A stretch of 64,000 bases of DNA from a virus (Duplodnaviria; Caudoviricetes), in IMG/VR virus record IMGVR_UViG_3300031555_001748, positions 11,376-75,375 of that record; one strand, given 5' to 3'. The notes beneath the pieces are model-generated. The model did not search any database, had not been told where the DNA came from, and was given only the letters and a program-made list of their open reading frames with translations. The translations under genes and the position numbers were made by a program. Positions 44,482-52,808 of the stretch are shown here, piece after piece. How positions within the stretch are numbered: the first letter of the stretch is position 1; every line of letters starts with the position of its first letter.

Positions 44482-46722
44482 ATGACAACTGTTCAAGAAT
44501 GGTTAGGAAAAGACAATAAATTAGGAATTGATATTTGGACAAATAAATATCAGTTCGAAAATGAAACATTTAACGAATGGTTAGACAGAGTTTCTAATGG
44601 CAATGAAGATGTAAAAAGACTGATTCTTGAAAAGAAATTCTTATTTGGTGGTCGAATTCTGTCTAATCGTGGACTTTATAAGAAGGGTATTAAAACTACT
44701 CTTTCCAATTGCTATGTAATCGCACCACCTGAAGATAGTATTGAATCAATTTTTGAATGTGCCACTAAATTAGCACGAACCTATTCCTATGGTGGCGGTT
44801 GCGGCATTGACATTAGCAAGCTTGCTCCAAGAGGTGCAAAAGTCAGAAATACAGCAAAGGAAACTTCTGGTTCTGTATCCTTTATGGATTTGTATTCTCT
44901 GGTAACTGGTTTGATTGGTCAGAATGGTCGTAGAGGCGCTTTAATGATTTCTCTGGCTTGTGACCATCCAGATATCGAAGAATTCATTGAAATCAAGTCA
45001 GACCTCGAAAGAGTAACTAAGGCAAATATCTCTATCCGTATTACTGACAAGTTTATGGAAGCCGTAGAGAAGAACGAGGACTTTGTTTTATCTTTTACTA
45101 GAGAAGAGACCAATGATACTATTACAAAAACAATCAATGCAAGAGAGCTGTTTCATAAGATTTGTGAAATGAACTGGGACTACGCAGAGCCAGGAATGTT
45201 GTTCTGGGATAGAATTGAAAACTGGAATATGTTAAGCAATGATAGCAACTTTCATTATGCTGGCACTAATCCTTGTGCAGAAGAACCTCTTCCTGCTGGT
45301 GGTAGCTGTCTATTAGGAAGCATCAATCTTTCTGAGTTTGTAACCAAAGATAAAAACTTTGATTATAATAGTTTTGTTGAAGCTGTAGATATTGCAGTAA
45401 AGGCATTAAACGAAGTTCTTGATGAAGGTCTTGAGTTGCATCCTTTGCAAGAGCAAAGAGACTCAGTGAGAGATTGGAGACAGATTGGACTTGGCATCTT
45501 TGGCTTGGCTGATATGCTTATCAAGATGAATATTAAATATGGAAGCAAGGAATCTATTGCTCTGTGTGATAAGATTGGTTTCGCAATGGCAGACCAAGCA
45601 ATTTATACGTCTGCTGTTATAGCAAAAGACAACGGTGTATATCCAAAGTATAATTCTATTGCGGTTGAGACATCTCCTTATCTGAGAGAAAATGTCATTG
45701 ATGCAACTTATAGAAATGTGAAAATGTATGGTCTCCATAATTCTCAGTTGCTGACAATCGCTCCTACTGGCAGTCTATCCTCTATGCTTGGTGTATCTGG
45801 TGGCATCGAACCTATCTTTGCAAATTTCTATACAAGAAAGACAGAATCTCTTCTTGGTCATGATGAATATTATAAGGTTTATACTCCCATTGTCGAAAGG
45901 TATATGAAGGAACATAATATTACAGACGATGCTATGCTTCCCGACTTCTTTATCACTGCACAGGATTTAAATTATAAGGATAGAATCGCAATGCAAGCTG
46001 TTTGGCAGAAGCATATTGATGCATCTATTAGCTCTACTGTTAATGTTCCCAATAGCTTTACAGTGGAAGAAACCGAAGACCTGTATATGTCTGCTTGGAA
46101 GTCTGGTTTGAAGGGTGTTACTATTTTCCGTGATGGTTGCAAGAGAACTGGTATTTTGACCACTACCGAAACCACCACAGAGGAAGAATCCAATACGGAG
46201 TTAAAACGTGGTGAGATTATCGCTACAGATGATACTATCATCGGTCTGAAGCGTAAGCTTATGACTGGCTGCGGTTCTTTACATTGTCAAGCATTCTTTG
46301 ACCCTAGCAATGGTGAATTAAGAGAAATTTATCTCAGCAAGGGTTCTACTGGTGGTTGTAACAATTTTATGATTGGTCTATCCAGAATGATTTCTGCCGC
46401 TGCTAGAGCAGGTGTTTCTATTGATGATATTGTTGACCAGTTAATGTCTACTGGTGCTTGCCCTAGCTACGCTAAGCGAGGTAAGAGCAAGGGTTCTTGC
46501 TGTCCTATGGCAATTGGTTATGCATTAAAGGATATGCACAAGCAATTTAATGAGTGCTTTGTAAATAAATTGTCTGTCACTGAAGAACCAGAAAGTGTCG
46601 AAGTCGAACATCATACTGAGAAAAAGAGCAAGATTTTATGTCCTAACTGCGGAGAAGAATTAGTGTTTGAAGGTGGTTGCAATAGCTGTAAGGCATGTGG
46701 TTGGAGCAAGTGTGACTTATAA
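44482..46722 (+). CDS. nrdJ: Class II (B12-dependent) ribonucleotide reductase with TSCPD and Zn-ribbon C-terminus
   Basis: SNCY, GGGCG, RRGALM, TNPCAE, GSCLLGSINL, IAPTGS, KGVTIFRDG, GGC..C..CGWSKC; no nrdB/F in the window. Confidence 0.92.
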   Translation: MTTVQEWLGKDNKLGIDIWTNKYQFENETFNEWLDRVSNGNEDVKRLILEKKFLFGGRILSNRGLYKKGIKTTLSNCYVIAPPEDSIESIFECATKLARTYSYGGGCGIDISKLAPRGAKVRNTAKETSGSVSFMDLYSLVTGLIGQNGRRGALMISLACDHPDIEEFIEIKSDLERVTKANISIRITDKFMEAVEKNEDFVLSFTREETNDTITKTINARELFHKICEMNWDYAEPGMLFWDRIENWNMLSNDSNFHYAGTNPCAEEPLPAGGSCLLGSINLSEFVTKDKNFDYNSFVEAVDIAVKALNEVLDEGLELHPLQEQRDSVRDWRQIGLGIFGLADMLIKMNIKYGSKESIALCDKIGFAMADQAIYTSAVIAKDNGVYPKYNSIAVETSPYLRENVIDATYRNVKMYGLHNSQLLTIAPTGSLSSMLGVSGGIEPIFANFYTRKTESLLGHDEYYKVYTPIVERYMKEHNITDDAMLPDFFITAQDLNYKDRIAMQAVWQKHIDASISSTVNVPNSFTVEETEDLYMSAWKSGLKGVTIFRDGCKRTGILTTTETTTEEESNTELKRGEIIATDDTIIGLKRKLMTGCGSLHCQAFFDPSNGELREIYLSKGSTGGCNNFMIGLSRMISAAARAGVSIDDIVDQLMSTGACPSYAKRGKSKGSCCPMAIGYALKDMHKQFNECFVNKLSVTEEPESVEVEHHTEKKSKILCPNCGEELVFEGGCNSCKACGWSKCDL

Positions 46723-46742
46723 GGTTATAAGGAGAATAATGA

Positions 46743-47195
46743 ATGGGCAGAGTTAGAGGTTTTGAAGTAGTAATTGATGAAAAGAGAAAGACCGCTGGTG
46801 ATATCACATTACCGACCAGAGGTTCTAGCAAGGCTATGGCATATGACTTTTATGCTACAGATAATTATGTTGTAAGACCTAATAAGATTGCAAAGGTATG
46901 GACTGATGTAAAAGCATATATGCAAGATGATGAATGCTTAATTCTTAATGTTCGCAGTTCTATGGGTGGTAAGTTTATGCTTGCCAATACTCAAGGATGG
47001 ATTGACCAAGATTACTATTCCAATGAAGGTAATGATGGTAATATTGGCATCTTCTTAATGAATATCAGTGACGAAGACCAGTTGATTAGAAAGGGAGATA
47101 GAGTCGCTCAGGGCGCATTTTTTAAGTTCCTAATCGCAGACAATGGTAATACCGACAATATTAGAACTGGCGGATTTGGTAGTACAAATAAGTAA
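46743..47195 (+). CDS. dut: Trimeric dUTPase
   Basis: AYDF, RSS, G.IDQDY, GDRVAQG, RTGGFGST. Confidence 0.95.
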   Translation: MGRVRGFEVVIDEKRKTAGDITLPTRGSSKAMAYDFYATDNYVVRPNKIAKVWTDVKAYMQDDECLILNVRSSMGGKFMLANTQGWIDQDYYSNEGNDGNIGIFLMNISDEDQLIRKGDRVAQGAFFKFLIADNGNTDNIRTGGFGSTNK

Positions 47196-47201
47196 ATTTA
47201 G

Positions 47202-47248
47202 ACACAACATATAGTGGTCAAAACGAAATGAAACCACTATATGTTGTG
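47202..47248. promoter_or_regulatory. Tandem NrdR-box-like pair
   Basis: ACACAACATATAGTGG (47202) and ACCACTATATGTTGTG (47233), 31 bp apart. Confidence 0.65.
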
Positions 47249-47596
47249 GTCAATAACCACTTAAAATTCTAATTTTATAATGAGGTGTTTATATGAAGCT
47301 AAAAGAAGCTAGAAAGTCAGCTATTAAGTATTGTGAAGAAAACAATTGTAACTACACCTATATTTCACATGATAATGTTGAAGAATTTTATTTGACAGAC
47401 AAGGAGAACCAGCATACTGTATTTTTTGTAAATAAGAATGGCAGCTTAAATGCTTGTCGTACAACACAGTATGCAGTTGATTTCCATAAGGAATTGAAGA
47501 GGCGAAAGAAGAATCGAAGGAGCAATGGCAAGAAGAAGATTGCAGAAATGCTAAATCGTGATGACGAGGAAGCTGTAGGCTAATTGAGGTAAGGAA

Positions 47597-48193
47597 ATGA
47601 ACTATTATATTTCGGACATCCATTTTGGTTGTCAAAATAGTTATGACGGACGCACCTTAGAGCATGATAGAATTGTAAAAGAAAATTGGAATCGTGTTGT
47701 AACCAATGCAGACAATGTTTATATATTGGGTGACATAGGCAAGATTGGAAACAACCAAGACACCGAAAGACTCATTGAAATTATTGCTACTCTTAAAGGG
47801 CGTAAGACGCTTGTAGTGGGCAATCATGATGTGCTGAGAGACATCCGTCTAAAGCAGTTGTTTATTGAAGTTTGTGACTATAAAGAAATTGCAGATAACT
47901 ATAATGGAATGAACCATAAATTAGTGTTGTCTCACTATCCAATTTTATTTTGGAACGGACAACATAAAGGCTGGATTCATTTATATGGGCATGTTCATAT
48001 GTCTGAAGAATGGGAAGTATACAAGCAGTCTTTGAATTATGTAAACGAGTATTTTAAGGATAAGACTATGAAGGGTTATACTGACTGTCCGCCAGCGGTT
48101 GCATACAATGTTGGAGCAGCGCTGCCATATATGGATTGGACTCCAAGAACTTTGAAAGAAATTATTATTGAAAATTCTGAAAAAAGTTCTTGA
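47597..48193 (+). CDS. Calcineurin-like metallophosphoesterase
   Basis: SDIHFG, LGD, GNHD, HYP, GHVH. Confidence 0.92.
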   Translation: MNYYISDIHFGCQNSYDGRTLEHDRIVKENWNRVVTNADNVYILGDIGKIGNNQDTERLIEIIATLKGRKTLVVGNHDVLRDIRLKQLFIEVCDYKEIADNYNGMNHKLVLSHYPILFWNGQHKGWIHLYGHVHMSEEWEVYKQSLNYVNEYFKDKTMKGYTDCPPAVAYNVGAALPYMDWTPRTLKEIIIENSEKSS

Positions 48194-48427
48194 CAATTAA
48201 TTGAATATATAGTATAATACATACAGTCGATGAGCCGAATGAACTACTTGATAATGAAATAAAAAAATATCAGAAAATTCAAAAAAGTTCTTGACAAACG
48301 ATTCTTAATATGGTATAATACATACAGTCAGAAACGAAGCAAGTAATAATGTTTCAAAAGTTCTTAAAAAGAAATTTGAAAAAACTTCAAAAAAGTACTT
48401 GACAAATGCTTCTGAGTATGCTATAAT
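48190..48427 (+). promoter_or_regulatory. Three tandem consensus sigma-A promoters for the tRNA cluster
   Basis: TTGACA-17-TATAAT at 48190, 48291 and 48399. Each has an upstream A-tract and is followed by ACA(T/C)ACAGT. Confidence 0.92.
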
Positions 48428-48492
48428 ACACACAGTTAAGAGAAACAAAAACTTCTTGGCTATACAACTAATAAGGTTATATAGCCAAACAT

Positions 48493-48569
48493 GACGGTGT
48501 AGCTCAGTTGGTAGCAGCAATTGCCTTTTAAGCAATGGGTCGGGAGTTCGAACCTCCCCGCCGTCACCA
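48493..48569 (+). tRNA. tRNA-Lys(TTT)
   Basis: Cloverleaf; ATTGC-CTTTTAA-GCAAT; GTTCGA; encoded CCA. Confidence 0.92.
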
Positions 48570-48575
48570 AAACAT

Positions 48576-48651
48576 GCTCTTGTAGCTCAATCGGTTAGAG
48601 CCTGTGACTTATAATCGCAAGATGTGGGTTCAAGTCCCAACAGGAGCACCA
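48576..48651 (+). tRNA. tRNA-Ile(TAT)
   Basis: TGTGA-CTTATAA-TCGCA; GTTCAA; CCA. Confidence 0.88.
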
Positions 48652-48655
48652 ATAT

Positions 48656-48738
48656 GCTGGTGTGATGAAATGGTAGACATATGAGACTTAAAATCTCAGG
48701 CTTCGTGCGTGTGGGTTCGAGTCCCATCACCAGTACCA
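48656..48738 (+). tRNA. tRNA-Leu(TAA)
   Basis: TGAGA-CTTAAAA-TCTCA; variable arm; CCA. Confidence 0.92.
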
Positions 48739-48740
48739 AA

Positions 48741-48826
48741 GGGTATCCTCCAATGCCCTTCCTTTCGGTTGATACGTACATATGACAAATCGGAATAGTA
48801 CGGTTGACTGCTGGACAGACAGCAAC
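48741..48826 (+). ncRNA. Candidate structured small RNA between tRNA-Leu and tRNA-Pro
   Basis: GC-richer than its surroundings; three hairpins; first loop TCCTCCAA; not a cloverleaf. Confidence 0.45.
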
Positions 48827-48828
48827 AT

Positions 48829-48902
48829 AGAGGATGTAGTGTAATGGTAACACGCTTGCTTTGGGAGCATGAATAGGGGTTCGAGTCCCACATCTTCTAC
48901 CA
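48829..48902 (+). tRNA. tRNA-Pro(TGG)
   Basis: AGAGGAT/ATCTTCT acceptor stem; loop TTTGGGA; one anticodon-stem mismatch; CCA. Confidence 0.85.
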
Positions 48903-48945
48903 TAAAAATAAAATCAAATAAACAAAAAAAGAAAGGTACAACAAT

Positions 48946-49188
48946 ATGAGGCTTTCAAATATTTCTGAAGTTAACGATTTTTTGAGAACCGTAGACAGAT
49001 GTACTGGTGATGTATGGCTTGAATCTGCTGATGGCGACAAGATTAACCTTAAGTCTAAGCTGTCTCAGTACATTGCAATCAGCGCTTTAATCAATTGCGA
49101 AGGTGATAGCTTAGAGCTGTTTTGCTCTAACCCAGAAGATGAAATGAAGTTCTTTAAGTTCTTTTTTGATTATCCGAAGGTACTGTAA
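48946..49188 (+). CDS. HPr-like protein lacking His15
   Basis: F...VD.C.GDV.L....GD..NLKS.LS; NLKS matches the HPr Ser46 loop. Confidence 0.6.
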   Translation: MRLSNISEVNDFLRTVDRCTGDVWLESADGDKINLKSKLSQYIAISALINCEGDSLELFCSNPEDEMKFFKFFFDYPKVL

Positions 49189-49400
49189 ATGGCAAGAACA
49201 TCATCTAAAATTGTGAAATCAATTCCTGCCTCAGAAACAGGAAGCAGAGTAAGCTGTCTTAATGGTAAGTATGTTATTACTCAAAATCCCTTAAAAGAAC
49301 AGTTTACTCTTTGGGAGTCCGTTAAAGATGGGTTTGAAAGAATTAAAACATCTGATAATCCATTAGATTTCGACAAGGTGATTCCTTGGCAAAACAATAT

Positions 49401-49477
49401 GCAGGATTAGCTCAGTAGGATAGAGCAACTGCCTTCTAAGCAGTAGGTCATTGGTTCGAATCCAATATCCTGTGCCA
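49401..49477 (+). tRNA. tRNA-Arg(TCT)
   Basis: ACTGC-CTTCTAA-GCAGT; CCA. Confidence 0.93.
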
Positions 49478-49480
49478 TAT

Positions 49481-49563
49481 GCAGATATGGTGGAATTGGC
49501 AGACACGCATGATTTAGGCTCATGTGCTTCGGCATGAGGGTTCGACTCCCTCTATCTGCACCA
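49481..49563 (+). tRNA. tRNA-Leu(TAG)
   Basis: CATGA-TTTAGGC-TCATG; variable arm; CCA. Confidence 0.92.
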
Positions 49564-49568
49564 AATAT

Positions 49569-49644
49569 AGCGGCTTAGCCAAGCGGTAAGGCATCAGACT
49601 TTGACTCTGACATTTCACTGGTTCGAATCCAGTAGTCGCTGCCA
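49569..49644 (+). tRNA. tRNA-Gln(TTG)
   Basis: TCAGA-CTTTGAC-TCTGA; CCA. Confidence 0.92.
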
Positions 49645-49647
49645 AAT

Positions 49648-49722
49648 GGCGCATTGGTCAAGTGGTTAAGACACTGCCCTTTCACGGCGGTAACACGGGT
49701 TCGAATCCCGTATGCGTCACCA
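49648..49722 (+). tRNA. tRNA-Glu(TTC)
   Basis: CTGCC-CTTTCAC-GGCGG; CCA. Confidence 0.93.
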
Positions 49723-49727
49723 CATAT

Positions 49728-49803
49728 GCTGGTATAGCTCAGTCGGTAGAGCAACTGATTTGTAATCAGTAGGTCGGGGGTTCGAGTCCGTCTACCAGCT
49801 CCA
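49728..49803 (+). tRNA. tRNA-Thr(TGT)
   Basis: ACTGA-TTTGTAA-TCAGT; CCA. Confidence 0.93.
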
Positions 49804-49807
49804 ATAT

Positions 49808-49884
49808 GTTCTATTAGCTCAGCAGGTTAGAGCGCATGGTTTACACCCATGAGGTCATTGGTTCGAGTCCAATATGGAACACCA
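49808..49884 (+). tRNA. tRNA-Val(TAC)
   Basis: CATGG-TTTACAC-CCATG; CCA. Confidence 0.92.
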
Positions 49885-49887
49885 TAT

Positions 49888-49978
49888 GGAGAGTTGTCCG
49901 AGCGGTTTAAGGAGCCAGTCTTGAAAACTGGTGATGGATGAAAGTCCACCGTGGGTTCGAATCCCACACTCTCCGCCA
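49888..49978 (+). tRNA. tRNA-Ser(TGA)
   Basis: CCAGT-CTTGAAA-ACTGG; long variable arm; CCA. Confidence 0.93.
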
Positions 49979-50003
49979 AATATCGTAGAATTCCATAAAA
50001 TCC

Positions 50004-50057
50004 GTCCTGCCTCACAATCTGTACCTGTTGCCGCAGGTTGGCTAAAAAAGCAGATTG
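50004..50057 (+). ncRNA. Candidate pseudoknotted RNA between tRNA-Ser and tRNA-Leu
   Basis: GTCCTGC/GCAGGTT and CAATCTGT/GCAGATTG pair in crossed order. Confidence 0.4.
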
Positions 50058-50061
50058 ATAT

Positions 50062-50148
50062 GCCGATGTGATGGAATTGGTAGACGTAGTGGACTCAAAA
50101 TCCACCGCTAGTGATAGCGTAGGGGTTCGACTCCCCTCATCGGCACCA
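50062..50148 (+). tRNA. tRNA-Leu(CAA)
   Basis: GTGGA-CTCAAAA-TCCAC; variable arm; CCA. Confidence 0.93.
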
Positions 50149-50156
50149 AAATACAT

Positions 50157-50232
50157 GCGGTTGTAGCTCAATTGGTAGAGTCCTTGCCTTCCAAGCAAGT
50201 TGTTGCGAGTTCAAGTCTCGTCAGCCGCTCCA
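50157..50232 (+). tRNA. tRNA-Gly(TCC)
   Basis: CTTGC-CTTCCAA-GCAAG; CCA. Confidence 0.92.
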
Positions 50233-50275
50233 TGCTCACTCAAAGAGTGATAACAAAACAAAAGAAAGTGAGAAA

Positions 50276-50887
50276 ATGAATATGCATATTAATATTAACG
50301 ATAAGTTTGTTGCGGTAAAGAAGATGTGGTTTCTTGACGAAGGAACTGTAGTCAATATTACCAATGTGTCCGAAGATGGCATCATCTCATTTACCTTTGG
50401 TGAAAATAACACAAACAACGGCTATATGGATACCGCTACATTTGCAGAACATTTCAAGAAACTTGAGGATATGACTGCAAAAATTAAAGCGCCTACAATC
50501 ACAGATGAATACATTGCAGAAATCATGGAGAATTCTGAATTTGAAATTCATACTGTATTTGATAAGTGTACAGTTGTTTCTTGCCGTCTTCCCAATGGCT
50601 TCGTAATCACAGAATCTTCTTCTTGTGTAAGTCCTGAGAATTACGACGAAGATACGGGAGCAGAAATTTGCTTCGATAAGATTTCAGATAAGATTTGGGA
50701 ACTGGAAGCATACAGACTTCAGCAGTGGCTGTGGGAAGAGGAAGTATGCGATTGCGGTTGTGAGAACTGCGACGGCAGAGAGTGCATTTGCGAAGAAGAT
50801 GACGACGAGTTCGATGAATGTCTGGATACTGATTTAGACTGCGATGATTGCGACGATTATGACTGCCCTCATAATCCTAATTACTAA
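50276..50887 (+). CDS. N4 Gp49/Sf6 gp66-family domain protein with Cys/Asp-rich tail
   Basis: TVVSC.L.NGF.I..SS.CVSPENYD...G..IC...I..KIWELEAY.LQ. Confidence 0.8.
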   Translation: MNMHININDKFVAVKKMWFLDEGTVVNITNVSEDGIISFTFGENNTNNGYMDTATFAEHFKKLEDMTAKIKAPTITDEYIAEIMENSEFEIHTVFDKCTVVSCRLPNGFVITESSSCVSPENYDEDTGAEICFDKISDKIWELEAYRLQQWLWEEEVCDCGCENCDGRECICEEDDDEFDECLDTDLDCDDCDDYDCPHNPNY

Positions 50888-50913
50888 TATTATAACAAAT
50901 GAATAAAAACAAG

Positions 50914-50960
50914 GCACAATATGTAGTAGTAGGCAACAATTAAAAACACTATATGTTGTG
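50914..50960. promoter_or_regulatory. Tandem NrdR-box-like pair
   Basis: GCACAATATGTAGTAG (50914) and AACACTATATGTTGTG (50945), 31 bp apart. Confidence 0.55.
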
Positions 50961-52032
50961 TCTTGTTGCGTATAAAATATAGATTTTAAGGTGGTGGCGA
51001 GTATCTTTAACATAAATATGGGATACATTGGAGACATTTTTGAAATGCATGAAGTTATCTTTGAAGTTTATGTGGAAGACAAACTAACCAACAGGCAGCA
51101 AATGCAAGCTCCTAAACAAATGCTGATAGCTAATTTTATAGAAACTGCAAAGAGAATTAAAAACGACAAAAGACCAATTAAGATTAAAATGATTAAACCA
51201 GAAATTATTTGGGACACCTTTGAACAAAAGCAAAAGGTTCTAAATAATGAAATTGAATTAGGCAACAATGCAATGGTTGCTTGGGAAGAAAGTAAAAAAG
51301 AGGTGTAAGACCATGAAGGTATTAAAAGATAATTATAATAAGACCGTTGTTGATGAAGTAATTGAAATGTCAAAGCCATATCCTCGTAAGCATATTTGCG
51401 ATAGTTGTTTATCTGAGCTGGAGTATGAAGAATCTGACCTGTATATGGGTGCATATGGCTGTATGCATTTGGATTGTACGCTGTGTGGTGAAGACAATAT
51501 GCTTGACCCACATGAAAAGAATATTGTATTAACCAAAGACAACATTGAATTCCCCACACATTTCCATCATGTGTGCGTAGAAAACGGTGCTGTTGAGTGT
51601 TGTGAAGAGTATTTTAAGGAATATATCAATAAGGCTATTGATTATTTGAGAAAGCATAAGGGCGAAACGGACTGGGGCGGACATATTACTGGCAACTTTT
51701 ATATTAATGTTCACAAATGGAGCGGCGATAAACTGTATGATGTGACTGTTAGCAGAGATTTCTATACTATGGAAATCCCATTTGAAGAAGCAGATTATAA
51801 CGATGAAGATTGGTTTGATTGATTTATGATATACCATGAAAACGGATGTGTAGATTGTGGCTTGCCGTGTTTACTTACATCATGTCCTCATTACAAAGTA
51901 ATGCATTCTAAGTGTGATTTTTGTCACGACATAGATATAAAATTATATCATTACAATGGTTATGAAATATGTGAAGAATGCCTTCTTAAAGAATTTGAAG
52001 TGGTTGATGGAACCGATGATTGGTGTTGATAA

Positions 52033-52076
52033 TTAGGGAACTTTGGTATGCAAAATTTCATATTAAAGTTCCCTAA
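52033..52076. terminator. Long hairpin (terminator or processing site)
   Basis: TTAGGGAACTTT-N20-AAAGTTCCCTAA. Confidence 0.55.
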
Positions 52077-52099
52077 AACTTAATAAAGGAGATAATTTA

Positions 52100-52795
52100 A
52101 TGAGCAGTCATTATCTTATGAAGTATAAGGGCACTTATAGGGTGTTGCCTGTATTGGACGAGGTTTATCACGATTTGCCCAGAGACACAAGTGGGAATAT
52201 CGTTCACGAAGAAGTAGAGTTATATATTGCTTGTCAATATGGAAATAAGATTACTGAATGGGGCAAAGATGCTAGTAACAGAATGTTGCTACGAGCATAC
52301 ATCCCTTCTATTAGCAGAGGCAGAAATATTAAAAAGGCTATGGACGCAAAGGGTATTCCATATACCAATTATCGAGAGACAGACGAAGAAGTTGAATTCC
52401 GTTTTAAGGCAATAGACATTAGCCCAATTGCTGAGTTGATGAAAGTGAAGACAGGTGGCGCTAATATTAGTCCGTTTAGCGTCAAAAATCTTCCTAAATC
52501 AGATGTTGAAATACCCTCAGAAGAAATCGAACTATACAAGTCTGTAGTGGCAGATGTGCAGAAAGACGACTTACTAATTATCCACAGGATTACAACCGAT
52601 TTTCTATTCAATTTTCTTGAAAAAAAGTATAAGAAATTAGAGGACAAGAAGTTTGATGTTAGCGTAGACATGAAGAAAATGAAGATGGGAAGAATGGCTA
52701 AAGAGTACATTTGGAGCAAGGGTCTATGGGATGAATACTTAGATTTCTTACAGAAGAAAATTGAAAAGTTTTATAAAGAGAAAAATAACTCTTAA
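52100..52795 (+). CDS. Conserved phage hypothetical protein
   Basis: 231-aa ORF with strong SD. Confidence 0.7.
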   Translation: MSSHYLMKYKGTYRVLPVLDEVYHDLPRDTSGNIVHEEVELYIACQYGNKITEWGKDASNRMLLRAYIPSISRGRNIKKAMDAKGIPYTNYRETDEEVEFRFKAIDISPIAELMKVKTGGANISPFSVKNLPKSDVEIPSEEIELYKSVVADVQKDDLLIIHRITTDFLFNFLEKKYKKLEDKKFDVSVDMKKMKMGRMAKEYIWSKGLWDEYLDFLQKKIEKFYKEKNNS

Positions 52796-52808
52796 GGTTA
52801 TATAAGGA

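Noticed and set aside
27546-46722. Inteins or introns in dnaB, dnaE, recD2, ligA or nrdJ
   Set aside because: Frames are continuous, lengths are normal, and no splice motifs were seen.
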